DNA from: Calditrichaceae bacterium
Lineage (GTDB): Bacteria > Calditrichota > Calditrichia > RBG-13-44-9 > J075
Length of the DNA stretch: 64,000 nucleotides
Reading direction: 5' to 3'
Assembly (NCBI GenBank): GCA_013360445.1
Contig: JABWBP010000005.1
Location: 20,487 to 84,486 of the forward strand
Shown here: positions 16,512 through 26,529 of the stretch, piece by piece
Layout of the letters: the number at the start of each line of letters is the position of its first letter
Numbering within the stretch: position 1 is the first letter of the stretch
The notes under the pieces: model-generated
Told to the model about the DNA's origin: nothing
Seen by the model: the letters and a program-made list of their open reading frames with translations, nothing else
Database searches by the model: none
Program-made: the position numbers and the translations under genes

Positions 16512-18839
16512 ATGACTGAATTCCTGTTGCTGATCATTCTCATTCTCCTGGCCGTCTTCATCCGCAGGACCTTCATCCTGCGCGATGAGCTGCGCCTGCT
16601 CCGGCAGGAATTTTCCGATCTACGGCGGCAGTTTTCCCGCGACGAGGCGCCCTCGCCGCTCTCCCCGGAACCGTCTGCCGGTGAGATGGCCGCAGCGGCG
16701 CCGCCCCCCCAACCTTTCCTGCCGCCGCAGCCCGCAGAGCAGCCAGAACCCCCCGCATCGCCAGTTTTTCCCTCTCCCTCGCCGGCGTTCCTGAAAAAGT
16801 CCGCCAGCCGGGAGGAGTGGGAAGCGCTCATCGGCGGGCAGTGGCTCAACCGCATCGGGGCGCTGGCGCTGATCATCGGGGCGATCTTTTTCCTGAAATA
16901 CGCCTTCGACAATGACTGGATCAACGAAACCGTGCGGGTGCTGTTAGGCGGGCTGGCGGGTCTGGCCGCGCTCTTCGCGGCGCTGCGCTCCCACCGGAAA
17001 GGGTTCCACATCTTTTCCCAGGGACTTTTCGGGGCGGGAATCGGCCTGCTCTACCTGTCCAGCTATGCTTCCTACAATTTTTATCAACTCGTTCCCCAGC
17101 CGGGCGCTTTCGGGTTGATGATCATCATTACCGCGTTGAGCATCTTCCTCGCCCTGCGCTTCAATGCCCTCTCCATCGCCATATTAGGCTGGGCCGGCGG
17201 CTTCCTAACCCCCCTGGCGCTCAGCGCCGGGCAGGCCAACCAGGTGGGATTGTTCAGCTATATCGCGTTTTTAGACATCGCCCTGCTGGCGATTCTCTAC
17301 CGGAAACCCAACTGGGCGATTTTAAAACCGCTCACCCTGGGCGCCACCTACCTGATGTACCTGCTCTGGTTCGACCAGTACTACTCTCCGGAGCGCTTAG
17401 CCCTGACCATTTTCTTCCTCACCCTGTTCTGGGCGCTCTTCTACGCCGCCGCCCTGCCCAATTTGCTGCGGGCGGAACTCCCTTTTGCTCCCCTGGACCA
17501 GGCCATCGCCGCGCTGAACGCGGCGCTTTACTACCTCTTTCTGCATATCATTCTCCACCCGGAACACCCCACCACAACCGCGCTGGCGGCCCTGGCGCTG
17601 GGAACGGTTTACTTCCTTCCTTATCTGAACGTCAATTCCCGGCAGCCGGAAAAAGAAAAAAGCTTAGCCTCCTTCGCGGTCATCGCCGTTGCGCTGTTAG
17701 CCATTGCCACGGCGATCCAGTTTTCCGGGTACTGGCGGGTATTTTTCTGGTCCCTGGAGGGGCTGGCGCTGGTGGGCGCGGGGGTGCGTTTCAACCTGAA
17801 GCGGGTCTGGCAAATCGCCCTGTTGCTGCTGCCGGTAGCAGTAGCGGGCTTGTTGGGGGAGCTGATTTTTGAAGCCTTCCCTTTCGGAAAACCGGAATAT
17901 CCCTTTCTCTTCAGCAAGCGCACCGCCGCCTTCGCGATGGCCGCGCTGGCTTGCGGGTTGAGCGCCGCGCTCTTAAACCGAACTGGTGAAAACCGCCCGG
18001 CCATCATTCAGCAGATATTGCATTACGCCTGGAGCGTGTTAGGATTTATCTGGATCAACGTTGAGATCAACGAATATTTCCGTAAATTGCTCGAAGCCTC
18101 GCCGGATCATACCGAAACCCTGGAGTTCCGGCTCCTGCTGCTGCGTTACAGCGCCTGGATGGCCTACTCCCTGCTGCTGGCCTTCTTCGGCGCTTCCCGG
18201 GGGAATCCGGCGCTGCGCTGGGTGGGATTGGGAATTGCCGGAATCGCGGTTTTCTTTTCCGTCTTTGATCTGAGCCTCTACCGCCCCATCGAGCATTTTA
18301 CGGTTTTATGGAACGGGCGGGCTGCGACGCTGCTTTTCCTGGCGCTGGGATTATTCGTGCACGGGCAATGGATCTATCGTTGGGAATTGCCGCTGCGCTG
18401 GAGCCGGAAAGCGGTGACCGCGCTGCGCCTGGCGGCATTGCTGCTGATCCTGGCGCTGGTCACCGCGGAAACCAACGACGCATTCGACAAAAAGATCGTT
18501 TCCTTTATCTTAGAAAATCAAACCACGGACGCTCATCCGCAGGTAAAAACCCTGCACGACGTGCAGCAACTGGCCATCTCCCTGGTCTGGCTGATGTATT
18601 CGATTATTTTGATGGGGGTGGGAATCTGGCGGCGCATGGCCGGGGCGCGCTTTGCCGCCATCGGCCTGTTCGGCCTTACCATTCTGAAGATTTTTGTGTA
18701 CGACCTGTCATTTCTCGGCACCCTGTACCGCTTTATTTCCTTCATCGGCCTGGGGCTGGTGCTGTTGGGCGTATCGTACCTCTACCAGCGATACAAAGCG
18801 GTTCTCTTCGGCAACGAGGCCGGGAGAACCGCCCGATAG
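16512..18839 (+). CDS. DUF2339-like polytopic membrane protein (N-terminal TM helix, coiled-coil and Pro-rich linker, then about 20 TM helices).
   Basis: Architecture: MTEFLLLIILILLAVF, a charged heptad region, a PPPQPFLPPQP linker, then many hydrophobic helices. The track start at 16428 lies inside the REP hairpin; ATG 16512 is the likely start. Confidence 0.65.
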   Translation: MTEFLLLIILILLAVFIRRTFILRDELRLLRQEFSDLRRQFSRDEAPSPLSPEPSAGEMAAAAPPPQPFLPPQPAEQPEPPASPVFPSPSPAFLKKSASREEWEALIGGQWLNRIGALALIIGAIFFLKYAFDNDWINETVRVLLGGLAGLAALFAALRSHRKGFHIFSQGLFGAGIGLLYLSSYASYNFYQLVPQPGAFGLMIIITALSIFLALRFNALSIAILGWAGGFLTPLALSAGQANQVGLFSYIAFLDIALLAILYRKPNWAILKPLTLGATYLMYLLWFDQYYSPERLALTIFFLTLFWALFYAAALPNLLRAELPFAPLDQAIAALNAALYYLFLHIILHPEHPTTTALAALALGTVYFLPYLNVNSRQPEKEKSLASFAVIAVALLAIATAIQFSGYWRVFFWSLEGLALVGAGVRFNLKRVWQIALLLLPVAVAGLLGELIFEAFPFGKPEYPFLFSKRTAAFAMAALACGLSAALLNRTGENRPAIIQQILHYAWSVLGFIWINVEINEYFRKLLEASPDHTETLEFRLLLLRYSAWMAYSLLLAFFGASRGNPALRWVGLGIAGIAVFFSVFDLSLYRPIEHFTVLWNGRAATLLFLALGLFVHGQWIYRWELPLRWSRKAVTALRLAALLLILALVTAETNDAFDKKIVSFILENQTTDAHPQVKTLHDVQQLAISLVWLMYSIILMGVGIWRRMAGARFAAIGLFGLTILKIFVYDLSFLGTLYRFISFIGLGLVLLGVSYLYQRYKAVLFGNEAGRTAR

Positions 18840-18841
18840 TT

Positions 18842-18859
18842 GGACGCTTCCCTGCGTCC
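18842..18859 (+). terminator. Short hairpin GGACGC-ttccct-GCGTCC immediately after the DUF2339 stop.
   Basis: 6-bp stem seen directly. There is no U-tract, so its role as an intrinsic terminator is uncertain. Confidence 0.25.
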
Positions 18860-18886
18860 CGGCGTTGTGGCGTTGTGGCGAATAAC

Positions 18887-18934
18887 CAATTTAATTCGCA
18901 ATTGGCAATTACCAATTGGCAATTGCCAATTTAA
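18887..18934. repeat. Palindromic CAATTG-heptamer array.
   Basis: ccaatttaattcgcaattggcaattaccaattggcaattgccaatttaaaag, in the convergent spacer before ftsZ. Confidence 0.65.
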
Positions 18935-18994
18935 AAGCCTTTCCCCGTCACACGGGCCGGCATCTCCAACCCGGCAATCTTCAATCGAAAATCC

Positions 18995-20164
18995 CTAATC
19001 CATCTGCTTGCGCAAAAAAGTGGGGATGTCCAGGTCGTCGATTTCCGAATCGAAAGTGATCCCGTCCGATTTCTGGATGAGGGGGCGGTTTTCCGCCGCT
19101 TCCTCGGTTTTTTTCCGTTTTTCCCGCAAGAAGGTCGGCAAATCCAGCACCCGGGGATTGACCTCCATGGGCTTGCTAACTTCCGGTTTGACCACCGCCC
19201 GTTCATCGGTATTGAAGCCGGTAGCGATCACGGTAATGAAAATTTCGTCGTTCAGATTTTCATCGATCACCGCCCCGAAGATCACGTTGGCGTCTTCCCC
19301 GGCTTCCTCGTAGATGATGGTGGTCGATTCGCTCACTTCGTAGAGGGACATCTGGCTGCCGCCGGTAATATTGACCAGCACGCCCCGGGCCCCGCGAATG
19401 GAAACTCCTTCCAACAGCGGGCTGGCGATGGCTTGCTGCGCCGCCTGCACCGCCTTGCCGTCGCCGCGGGAGTAGCCGGTTCCCATCAGCGCGTCACCCA
19501 TCTCCGCCATAATGGTGCGCACGTCCGCAAAATCCAGGTTGATCAGCCCCGGCACGGTAATCAGGTCGGAAATGCCCTTGGTGGCATGCAGCAGCACCTC
19601 ATCGGCCACTTTGAAGGCGTCTAACAGGGGGGTGGTTTTATCCACCACCGCGAACAACCGCTGGTTGGGGATCACGATGAGGGTATCCACGGCCTTGCGC
19701 ATTTCCTGAATGCCCTGTTCCGCCCGCTGCGACCGTTTCAGGCCCTCGAACGTGAAGGGCTTGGTCACGATCCCGACCGTCAGCGCCCCTAACTCTTTGG
19801 CCGCTTGCGCCACCACCGGCGCGGCCCCGGTGCCGGTTCCGCCGCCCATTCCCGCGGTCACGAACACCATGTCCGCCCCGGCCAGCGCCTTCTTCACCTC
19901 TTCATAATCTTCCTCGATGGCCTTGCGCCCGATCTCCGGATTGGCCCCGGCGCCCAGCCCGTGGGTGAGCTGCTTGCCGATTTGCACCTTGAACTGGGCG
20001 TGATTCTGCTCCAGCGCCTGGGAATCGGTGTTGATGGAAATGAAATCCACCCCGCTCAGGCCGGTTGTTACCATGGTGTTGATGGCATTGCCGCCGGCGC
20101 CGCCGACCCCGATTACCTTCAACTTCGCATTCAATTCCGCTCGTTCGTCAAACTCTATCGCCAT
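18995..20164 (-). CDS. ftsZ: Cell division protein FtsZ.
   Basis: [11 protein letters not shown], the tubulin signature [13 protein letters not shown], and the T7 loop region NLDFADV. Confidence 0.95.
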   Translation of the reverse strand: MAIEFDERAELNAKLKVIGVGGAGGNAINTMVTTGLSGVDFISINTDSQALEQNHAQFKVQIGKQLTHGLGAGANPEIGRKAIEEDYEEVKKALAGADMVFVTAGMGGGTGTGAAPVVAQAAKELGALTVGIVTKPFTFEGLKRSQRAEQGIQEMRKAVDTLIVIPNQRLFAVVDKTTPLLDAFKVADEVLLHATKGISDLITVPGLINLDFADVRTIMAEMGDALMGTGYSRGDGKAVQAAQQAIASPLLEGVSIRGARGVLVNITGGSQMSLYEVSESTTIIYEEAGEDANVIFGAVIDENLNDEIFITVIATGFNTDERAVVKPEVSKPMEVNPRVLDLPTFLREKRKKTEEAAENRPLIQKSDGITFDSEIDDLDIPTFLRKQMD

Positions 20165-20218
20165 AACGCCTCCAGTTGGTTATAGTTGATCGCCTTCCTG
20201 GCGCCGCTTTTTTCAACA

Positions 20219-20316
20219 GGAGTGCAAAACTTTAGTTTTGCATTCCAGATGCGGTTTTTTTTGCTTCCGCAAAAAGTCGAAGATTACCCCAGTGCAAAAC
20301 TGAAGTTTTGCACTCC
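20219..20316. repeat. Two REP-like hairpins in the ftsA-ftsZ spacer.
   Basis: ggagtgcaaaactttagttttgcattcc and agtgcaaaactgaagttttgcactcc. Confidence 0.65.
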
Positions 20317-20320
20317 GAAT

Positions 20321-21553
20321 CTAAAAGAACCGCTTAAAAAACTGCCGGAAACTGCCTAACACGTCGTCCCACAAAACCCCGTGCTGGGGATTGGATAATA
20401 CGCCGTTCTGATGGTATAGCGGCCCGTAGAGGCACAATCCCACCGCGGTGCTGTAAATGGGGCTGCGCACGGAGTCGGTCAGCCCGCCTAAGGTTTTGGG
20501 AACTCCCAACCGCACCGGCATTCCCCAGATGTCTTCAGCCATTTTTGCAGTGCCCTCTAACAGCGCCGCGCCGCCGGTAATCACCGCGCCGGCGGCCATC
20601 AAATCTAACAGCTCTGATTTTTTCATTTTTTGGTGCACTAACGACAGGATTTCCTCCATGCGCGGGGCAATAATATCCACTAACACTGCCCGGGAGATGG
20701 TGCGCGGCAGCCGCCCTCCTACACCGGGCACGGTGATCGTATCCGCCTCGCTGATGCTGTCGCGCATGGCCGCACCGTATTTGATCTTGATCGCCTCGGC
20801 CTGCTCCGGGGGGGTGCGCAATCCCACCGCAATATCATTGGTGACGTGCTGCCCGCCTAAGGCCACCACGGAGGTATGCTGGATGTGCCCGTCGAAGAAC
20901 ATGGCGATGTCGCAAGTGCCGCCGCCGATGTCCACCAGCGCCACCCCTAACTGCCGCTCGTCGTCATCCAACACCGCGATGCTGGAGGCCAGCGGCTCCA
21001 GCACGATCTCTTCCACGTCGTAACCGGCGCGCTGCACGCTGCGCACGATGTTCTGCGCGGAAGTGACCGCGGCGGTAACGATGTGCACCTCTACCTCTAA
21101 GCGCACCCCGGACATGCCCACCGGGTCGGCGATGCCGTCCTGGTCGTCCACCAGGAATTCCTGGGGAATGACGTGGATGATTTCCCGGTCGATGGGAAGT
21201 GCCAGGGCTTTGGCGGCGTTGACAGCCCGCTCCACGTCTTCCTCGCTGATCTCGTGATCGTCGCGGGAGACGCCCACCATGCCCTTGCTGTTGATGCTGC
21301 GGATGTGGTCCCCGGCAATGCCCACAAAAACCGATTCCACCTGGATGCCGGCCATCGCTTCCGCCTCTTCCACGGCCGCCCGCACGGAATTGACGGTTTT
21401 ATCGATGTTTACCACCACTCCCTTGCGCAGCCCGTGAGAGGGGGAGCTGCCGATCCCCACGACGTTCAGCTTGCCGTCGGGGTCCTCTTTCACCACCACG
21501 GCGCAAATCTTGGTCGTGCCAATATCTAACCCGGTAATGAGTCTGCCTTCCAT
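20321..21553 (-). CDS. ftsA: Cell division protein FtsA.
   Basis: Actin-like ATPase motifs GLDIGTTKICAVV and VDIGGGTCDIAMF. Confidence 0.95.
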   Translation of the reverse strand: MEGRLITGLDIGTTKICAVVVKEDPDGKLNVVGIGSSPSHGLRKGVVVNIDKTVNSVRAAVEEAEAMAGIQVESVFVGIAGDHIRSINSKGMVGVSRDDHEISEEDVERAVNAAKALALPIDREIIHVIPQEFLVDDQDGIADPVGMSGVRLEVEVHIVTAAVTSAQNIVRSVQRAGYDVEEIVLEPLASSIAVLDDDERQLGVALVDIGGGTCDIAMFFDGHIQHTSVVALGGQHVTNDIAVGLRTPPEQAEAIKIKYGAAMRDSISEADTITVPGVGGRLPRTISRAVLVDIIAPRMEEILSLVHQKMKKSELLDLMAAGAVITGGAALLEGTAKMAEDIWGMPVRLGVPKTLGGLTDSVRSPIYSTAVGLCLYGPLYHQNGVLSNPQHGVLWDDVLGSFRQFFKRFF

Positions 21554-21625
21554 AACTGATCCTTTTGTGTGTCAGGGTCTCTGTTGCTTTGTTATTCTGC
21601 TTTGTTATTCCAAATCTGATTCTAT

Positions 21626-21733
21626 CGATGCTCGATGCTCGATACTCGATGCTCGATGCTCGATATAGATCAAATCCGCTGCCAGGTATCCGGCATCCGG
21701 CATCCAGCATCCAGTATCCAGCATCCGGCATCC
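21626..21733. repeat. ATGCTCG heptamer array (x5) followed by a CATCCRG heptamer array (x7). The two are partially complementary (GATGC/GCATC) and form a hairpin.
   Basis: cgatgctcgatgctcgatactcgatgctcgatgctcgata ... ggtatccggcatccggcatccagcatccagtatccagcatccggcatcc. Confidence 0.6.
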
Positions 21734-21739
21734 CAACTT

Positions 21740-22519
21740 TCACCCCTTTTTCCGCAAGACGATGCGCTCCTCAAAGGTGAGATCGATTTGCCGGATGGCC
21801 GGCAACTGGCCGACGACCGGCTCTTTTTCCAGCAACTGGCTGAGCAGGTAGAGACGCTGGTAATGCTTTTCCCGGCCAATCTTTACCCGCGCCGCGCCTT
21901 TTACTAAAATCAATTCCGGCTCGTGATTTTTCCCCAGGTTGATCTCGGAAATAAACGAAAAGAGATTGCGATCGACTTCGCGAATTTTTTGCACCACCCC
22001 GATGATCTCTTGCAGCGCTAAACTGTCTTTGGCCAACTCCCGGGCGGTTATGCCGGTCACCAGCGGGTATTTACTCATGGGCATGGAGGGCAATTTTTTG
22101 AGAATCACACCCTCTTCATCGACCATGTAGAGCGCCTTATCGGCCAGGTAGAAGACCGGCTCGCGCTCCTGCACGTTGATCAAAATCGTCGCCGGCATCA
22201 CCCGGGAGACGCTGACCCCACGGAAATAAGCGTTCTTCAGCAGCGTTTTGTTCAACTCCTCGACGTTAACCTTATACATGATTTGCGTGGTATCGATCTT
22301 AGCCGCCTTGCGGATCTCCTGCGTATCGATGAAACGGTTGCCGGTAATACGCACCGTTTCCGCCCGGAAAAGCGAGGTGCGGTACATCAGGTAATTGCTC
22401 CCGCGATAGACGCCATACCCCGCCAGCGCCAGCAATCCCAAAATCGCCACCAGTTTGGGGCTGGGATATAGCATTTTTGGCATCTGTTTATTTTTACGCT
22501 TCATAGCTTTTTCAAGCAC
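21740..22519 (-). CDS. ftsQ: Cell division protein FtsQ/DivIB (single TM helix plus POTRA domain).
   Basis: N-terminal TM helix LVAILGLLALAGYGVY, the POTRA pattern VRITGNRFIDTQEI, and cluster position. Confidence 0.85.
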   Translation of the reverse strand: MLEKAMKRKNKQMPKMLYPSPKLVAILGLLALAGYGVYRGSNYLMYRTSLFRAETVRITGNRFIDTQEIRKAAKIDTTQIMYKVNVEELNKTLLKNAYFRGVSVSRVMPATILINVQEREPVFYLADKALYMVDEEGVILKKLPSMPMSKYPLVTGITARELAKDSLALQEIIGVVQKIREVDRNLFSFISEINLGKNHEPELILVKGAARVKIGREKHYQRLYLLSQLLEKEPVVGQLPAIRQIDLTFEERIVLRKKG

Positions 22520-22612
22520 ACGGGTGTTTTAGTGCTCTGGTGTTCGAGTGTTATGCTGTGTCATTCTCAAAATTTACGAGAACACTCGGACACTAAAACA
22601 CTTGAACACATT
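22520..22612. repeat. GTGTT-word array followed by its AACAC-word complement.
   Basis: cacgggtgttttagtgctctggtgttcgagtgttatgctgtg ... gagaacactcggacactaaaacacttgaacac. Confidence 0.6.
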
Positions 22613-23559
22613 TACGGTTTTTCCACCCTTCGCTGATCTTCCTCCGAAAAACCCACTAACTTTACTTCCAATTCCAGCCACACCCCGGAGTGTTCGTACA
22701 CTTTGCGCTGCACCCGCCAGATCACTTCGTAAATGTCCCCCGCAGCGGCGTGGTTGAAGTTGACCACGAAGTTGGCGTGCTTGGGAGAGACCATCGCGCC
22801 TCCCACGGTAAATCCTTTGCACCCTGCCGCTTCGATCAGCCGCCCGGCGTAATCCCCGGGGGGGCGTTTGAACACGCTCCCGCAGGATGGATATTCCAAA
22901 GGCTGCTTCTCGGCGCGGCGTTTCAGGTAATCTTCCCGGGAGCGGCTCAATTGCTCCCGGTCTCCCGGCTCCAGGAACAGCCAGCAACCTAAGAGTATTT
23001 TGTTTTCCAGGCCGTCGGCGCGGCGGTAACCGAACTGCGCTTCCTCCCGGGGAAGCTGAACCCGGCGGCCCTTTTTATCCAGCGCGTCGATGCGCAGCAC
23101 CCGGTCGCCGATCTCGCCCACGAACGCCCCGGCGTTCATGCGAAGCGCTCCTCCCACGGTGCCGGGAATGCCGGACATGTAATCCAATCCTCCTAAGCTG
23201 TGCTTTTCGCAATATTCCACCAAATCCGCCACCGTTGCGCCGGCGCCCACGTAGAGCAACTCCCCCTCGTGAAACAACTGGCTGCAACAATGCTCTAACA
23301 GCACCACCACCCCCCGGAATCCCTCATCATGCACCAGCACGTTGGCGCCCTTTCCCATCACAAAATAAGGGACTCCTTCCCGGGTGCAGCAGCGAATGAT
23401 CTGCTCCAGCTCTTCCACCGTCGCGGGGGTTGCCAGAACATCTGCCTTACCGCCCACCTGGTAACTGGTCAGCGGCGCCAGGGGCGCATCCAGACGGCAG
23501 CTATCCGGGTATTCCCGTTTCAGCCGCTGGATGGTCTTTTTGATCTTCTCCGAGTTCAA
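22612..23559 (-). CDS. murB: UDP-N-acetylenolpyruvoylglucosamine reductase.
   Basis: FAD-binding domain GGKADVLATPATVEEL, a C-terminal MurB domain, and a TTG start. Confidence 0.9.
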   Translation of the reverse strand: MNSEKIKKTIQRLKREYPDSCRLDAPLAPLTSYQVGGKADVLATPATVEELEQIIRCCTREGVPYFVMGKGANVLVHDEGFRGVVVLLEHCCSQLFHEGELLYVGAGATVADLVEYCEKHSLGGLDYMSGIPGTVGGALRMNAGAFVGEIGDRVLRIDALDKKGRRVQLPREEAQFGYRRADGLENKILLGCWLFLEPGDREQLSRSREDYLKRRAEKQPLEYPSCGSVFKRPPGDYAGRLIEAAGCKGFTVGGAMVSPKHANFVVNFNHAAAGDIYEVIWRVQRKVYEHSGVWLELEVKLVGFSEEDQRRVEKP

Positions 23560-23561
23560 GG

Positions 23562-23588
23562 TTCAATCTTCAATTTTCAATCTTCACT
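23562..23588. repeat. TTCAATC heptamer x3 in the 24-nt murC-murB gap.
   Basis: ttcaatcttcaattttcaatcttcac. Confidence 0.5.
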
Positions 23589-24963
23589 TCTTTCCCAGCT
23601 TTTCCGCCAATTCATTGGCGCACTTCCAGACGTCGCCGGCGCCGATGGTGATGACCATATCGCCGGGCTGCAGAAGCGGGAACACTTCCCCGGCCAATTT
23701 GCGCTTGTCTTCCACGTAGAGCACTTGCTTGTGCCCCATGGTGCGGGCGGTATCGGCGATGAGTCTGCCGCTGACGCCCTCGAGGGGTTTCTCCCGCGCC
23801 GGGTAAACGTCGGTGACCACCAGGATATCCGCGTCGAAAAAGGAGCGGGCAAACTCTTTGTAAAAATCCCGGGTGCGGGAATACAGGTGCGGCTGGAATA
23901 CCGCGATGATGCGTTTTTCCGGCCAGCTGCTGCGCGCCCCTTGCAGGGTGGTCAGGATTTCCGCGGGATGATGGCCGTAATCATCCACCACCATGATGTC
24001 GTTTACCTGCGCCTTGACCTCGAAGCGGCGGCTGATCCCGGAAAATCCTTCCAGGGCTTTTTGAATGGTCGCAAAGGGAACTTCTAACTCCAATCCCACG
24101 GCAATGGAAGCCAGGGCGTTCTGAATATTGTGCCTGCCGGTCAAATTCAGCTTGACGCGGCCCAGCAATTCGCCCTCGTGGAAGGCGTCGAACTCCGTTC
24201 CGTAAGGCAAAAAATGCAGGTTGCGGGCGGTAAAATCCGCCTGGCTGCTGAAGCCGTAGCTGATCACGGTGCGCTTCAAGGCGTGGAGGATTTCCTGCAC
24301 CCCGGGATTATCCAGGCAGGCGATCACCTTCCCGTAAAAGGGAACCTTGTTGGCAAAGGCAATGAAAGCGTTTTTCAGATCCTCCAGGTCCTTGTAGCAG
24401 TCTAAGTGATCGGTGTCCACGTTGGTAATCACCGCAATGGTCGGGATCATGGAAAGGAAGCTGCGGTCGAATTCATCCGCTTCCGCCACCAGGAACTCTC
24501 CCCTCCCTAACTTGGCGTTGGTGTCCAGGGAGCGAACCTTGCCGCCGATGATCAGGGTGGGGTCCAGCCCGCCCTCGGTCAGCGCCGCCCCGATCAGCGA
24601 CGTGGTGGTGGTTTTCCCGTGGGTTCCGGCCACGGCGATGCCGTATTTCAGGCGAATCAGCTCGCCCAACATCTCCGCGCGTTTGATCACCGGAATCTTG
24701 CGCCGCAGCGCTTCCTGCACTTCTAAGTTATCCGCGTTGACCGCAGAGGAGTAGATCAGCACCTCCGCGTCCTGCACGTTCTCCGCCCGGTGGCCTTCGC
24801 TAATCCGCGCGCCCATGGCGGCGAGCTTGTGGGTAAGTTCGGAAAGCTGGGTGTCCGAACCGCTCACCTGGTAGCCGAGGTTCAGCAGCAGCTCCGCAAT
24901 GCCGCTCATGCCGATCCCGCCGATCCCGACGAAGTGAATTTTGTGAATTTTGCCTAAGCGCAT
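23584..24963 (-). CDS. murC: UDP-N-acetylmuramate--L-alanine ligase.
   Basis: IHFVGIGGIGMSGIA, the Mur ligase P-loop GTHGKTTTT. Confidence 0.95.
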   Translation of the reverse strand: MRLGKIHKIHFVGIGGIGMSGIAELLLNLGYQVSGSDTQLSELTHKLAAMGARISEGHRAENVQDAEVLIYSSAVNADNLEVQEALRRKIPVIKRAEMLGELIRLKYGIAVAGTHGKTTTTSLIGAALTEGGLDPTLIIGGKVRSLDTNAKLGRGEFLVAEADEFDRSFLSMIPTIAVITNVDTDHLDCYKDLEDLKNAFIAFANKVPFYGKVIACLDNPGVQEILHALKRTVISYGFSSQADFTARNLHFLPYGTEFDAFHEGELLGRVKLNLTGRHNIQNALASIAVGLELEVPFATIQKALEGFSGISRRFEVKAQVNDIMVVDDYGHHPAEILTTLQGARSSWPEKRIIAVFQPHLYSRTRDFYKEFARSFFDADILVVTDVYPAREKPLEGVSGRLIADTARTMGHKQVLYVEDKRKLAGEVFPLLQPGDMVITIGAGDVWKCANELAEKLGKK

Positions 24964-25003
24964 TCTGTTTTTCCGGTGATTATGTTTTTATCCACCCGTT
25001 TTT

Positions 25004-25125
25004 CAGTAGGCAGTAGGCAGTTGGCAGTAGGCAAAAGAAACTGCGCTTCTGCCGCTTTTCACTGCAAAACTGAAGTTTTGCACTCCGGTTATTGCTTACT
25101 GCCTACTGCCTACTTGCCTACTGCT
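25004..25125. repeat. Nested element: a GTAGGCA-heptamer array, then a REP-like hairpin, then the TGCCTAC complement array.
   Basis: cagtaggcagtaggcagttggcagtaggcaa ... ctgcaaaactgaagttttgcactcc ... ttgcttactgcctactgcctacttgcctactgc. The right arm overlaps the murG stop. Confidence 0.65.
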
Positions 25126-26221
25126 TTTCCAGCAGTTTCAATATCTCCTCGCCAATCTGCTCCGCGGCGCGGGGGCGGGCCAATGTTTTCCAGGCCGCGC
25201 TCTGCCGCTGCCGCAGAGATTCATCGCTCAACAGGGTTTCCAATGCCTGCTGCAATTCCTTTTCCCAGCCCGTTTTTTCCGTGACCATCAGGGCCGCCCC
25301 GGCTTCCGCGACCATGCGGCTGTTGTGCTCCTGGTGATTTCCCGCCGCGAAGGGATAGGGCACTAACACGGCCGGCCTGGCGACTGCGGCCAGCTCCGCC
25401 AGGGTGATCGCCCCGGCGCGGCATACGACCACGTCTGCCGCGGCGTAAGCCGCCTCCATCTCCTGAATGTAGGGCAGAATGCGCACCCTTTCATCGGCGC
25501 TTTGAAATCCCTTCACCACTGTCTGGAACTGGCTTTCCCCGGCCTGCCAGATCACCTGCATGGGGTATTTCTTCAGCAATTCCGGGAGAATGCCGCTCAT
25601 GGCGTTGTTGATGGAGCGCGCTCCCTGGCTGCCGCCGAATATGAGCAAGGTGATTTTATCCGGCTCCAGCCCCATTTTTTCCCGCCCGGCCTGCCGGGTA
25701 ACGCCGCCCAGGGTCTCCCGAACCGGGTTGCCGGTGACCACCAATTTATCCGCATACTGCGAAAAATACCGCCGCGCCGCTTCGAAAGAGAGGCAGATGC
25801 GCCGCGCGTATTTGGCCAGCAGCCGGGTGGTGACGCCGGGGTACACGTCCTGCTCCTGGATGAGCACCGGCACGCCCATTTTCGCCGCAGCGTAGAGCGC
25901 CGGGCCGCTCACGTAGCCGCCGGTTCCCACCGCCGCGTGGGGCGCAAACCGCTTCACGATTTTCCGGCTTTGATACAGACCGATGAGCAGCTTCGCCGGG
26001 AATAGCAGGTTTTTTAGGTTGAAGCTGCGCGCGAATCCCGAAATCAGGATGGTTTCCAGGGGAACGCCGTAACGGGGCACAATCCGGGTTTCGATCCCGT
26101 TTTTGCCCCCCACGTAAAGGAACCGGAAATCGCCCTTGCGTTTCAGCGCTTCGATAGTCGCCAGCGCCGGGTACACGTGCCCGCCGGTTCCGCCCCCGGC
26201 AATCAAGATTCGCTTTTCCAT
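25118..26221 (-). CDS. murG: Lipid II synthase MurG (undecaprenyldiphospho-muramoylpentapeptide beta-N-acetylglucosaminyltransferase).
   Basis: ILIAGGGTGGHVYPALA, the GT-B fold, and cluster position. Confidence 0.95.
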   Translation of the reverse strand: MEKRILIAGGGTGGHVYPALATIEALKRKGDFRFLYVGGKNGIETRIVPRYGVPLETILISGFARSFNLKNLLFPAKLLIGLYQSRKIVKRFAPHAAVGTGGYVSGPALYAAAKMGVPVLIQEQDVYPGVTTRLLAKYARRICLSFEAARRYFSQYADKLVVTGNPVRETLGGVTRQAGREKMGLEPDKITLLIFGGSQGARSINNAMSGILPELLKKYPMQVIWQAGESQFQTVVKGFQSADERVRILPYIQEMEAAYAAADVVVCRAGAITLAELAAVARPAVLVPYPFAAGNHQEHNSRMVAEAGAALMVTEKTGWEKELQQALETLLSDESLRQRQSAAWKTLARPRAAEQIGEEILKLLEKQ

Positions 26222-26240
26222 TCACATTCACTATTCGCTA

Positions 26241-26525
26241 CCCTTCGACAAGCTCAGGGCAAGTTTCATCATTCTCAGTTCACTATTCACAATTCCCCGT
26301 TCACCATTCCCCTTCACCGCACCTTTTTCACCCCCGCCCGGCTGCGGGTTCGGCGACGAACCGGCAGATGAACCCCTTCATGCGGCAGCGGGGCGGCAAC
26401 CGCCGGGATAAACGCCATGCTTTTTAGCTTGATCTTGATTTTCATTTTCATCTTCATACCACACCATCCTTTCCAGGAATCCTTTTCCCTTCTCACTTCT
26501 CACCCTTCGACAAGCTCAGGGCAAG
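26241..26525. repeat. 309-bp spacer bounded by perfect 23-bp direct repeats CCCTTCGACAAGCTCAGGGCAAG (26241-26263 and 26503-26525). The interior holds TTCACTATTC / TCACTTCTCAC word runs.
   Basis: Exact repeat found by eye about 262 bp apart. It lies between murG and ftsW inside the dcw operon. Confidence 0.6.
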
Positions 26526-26529
26526 CTTC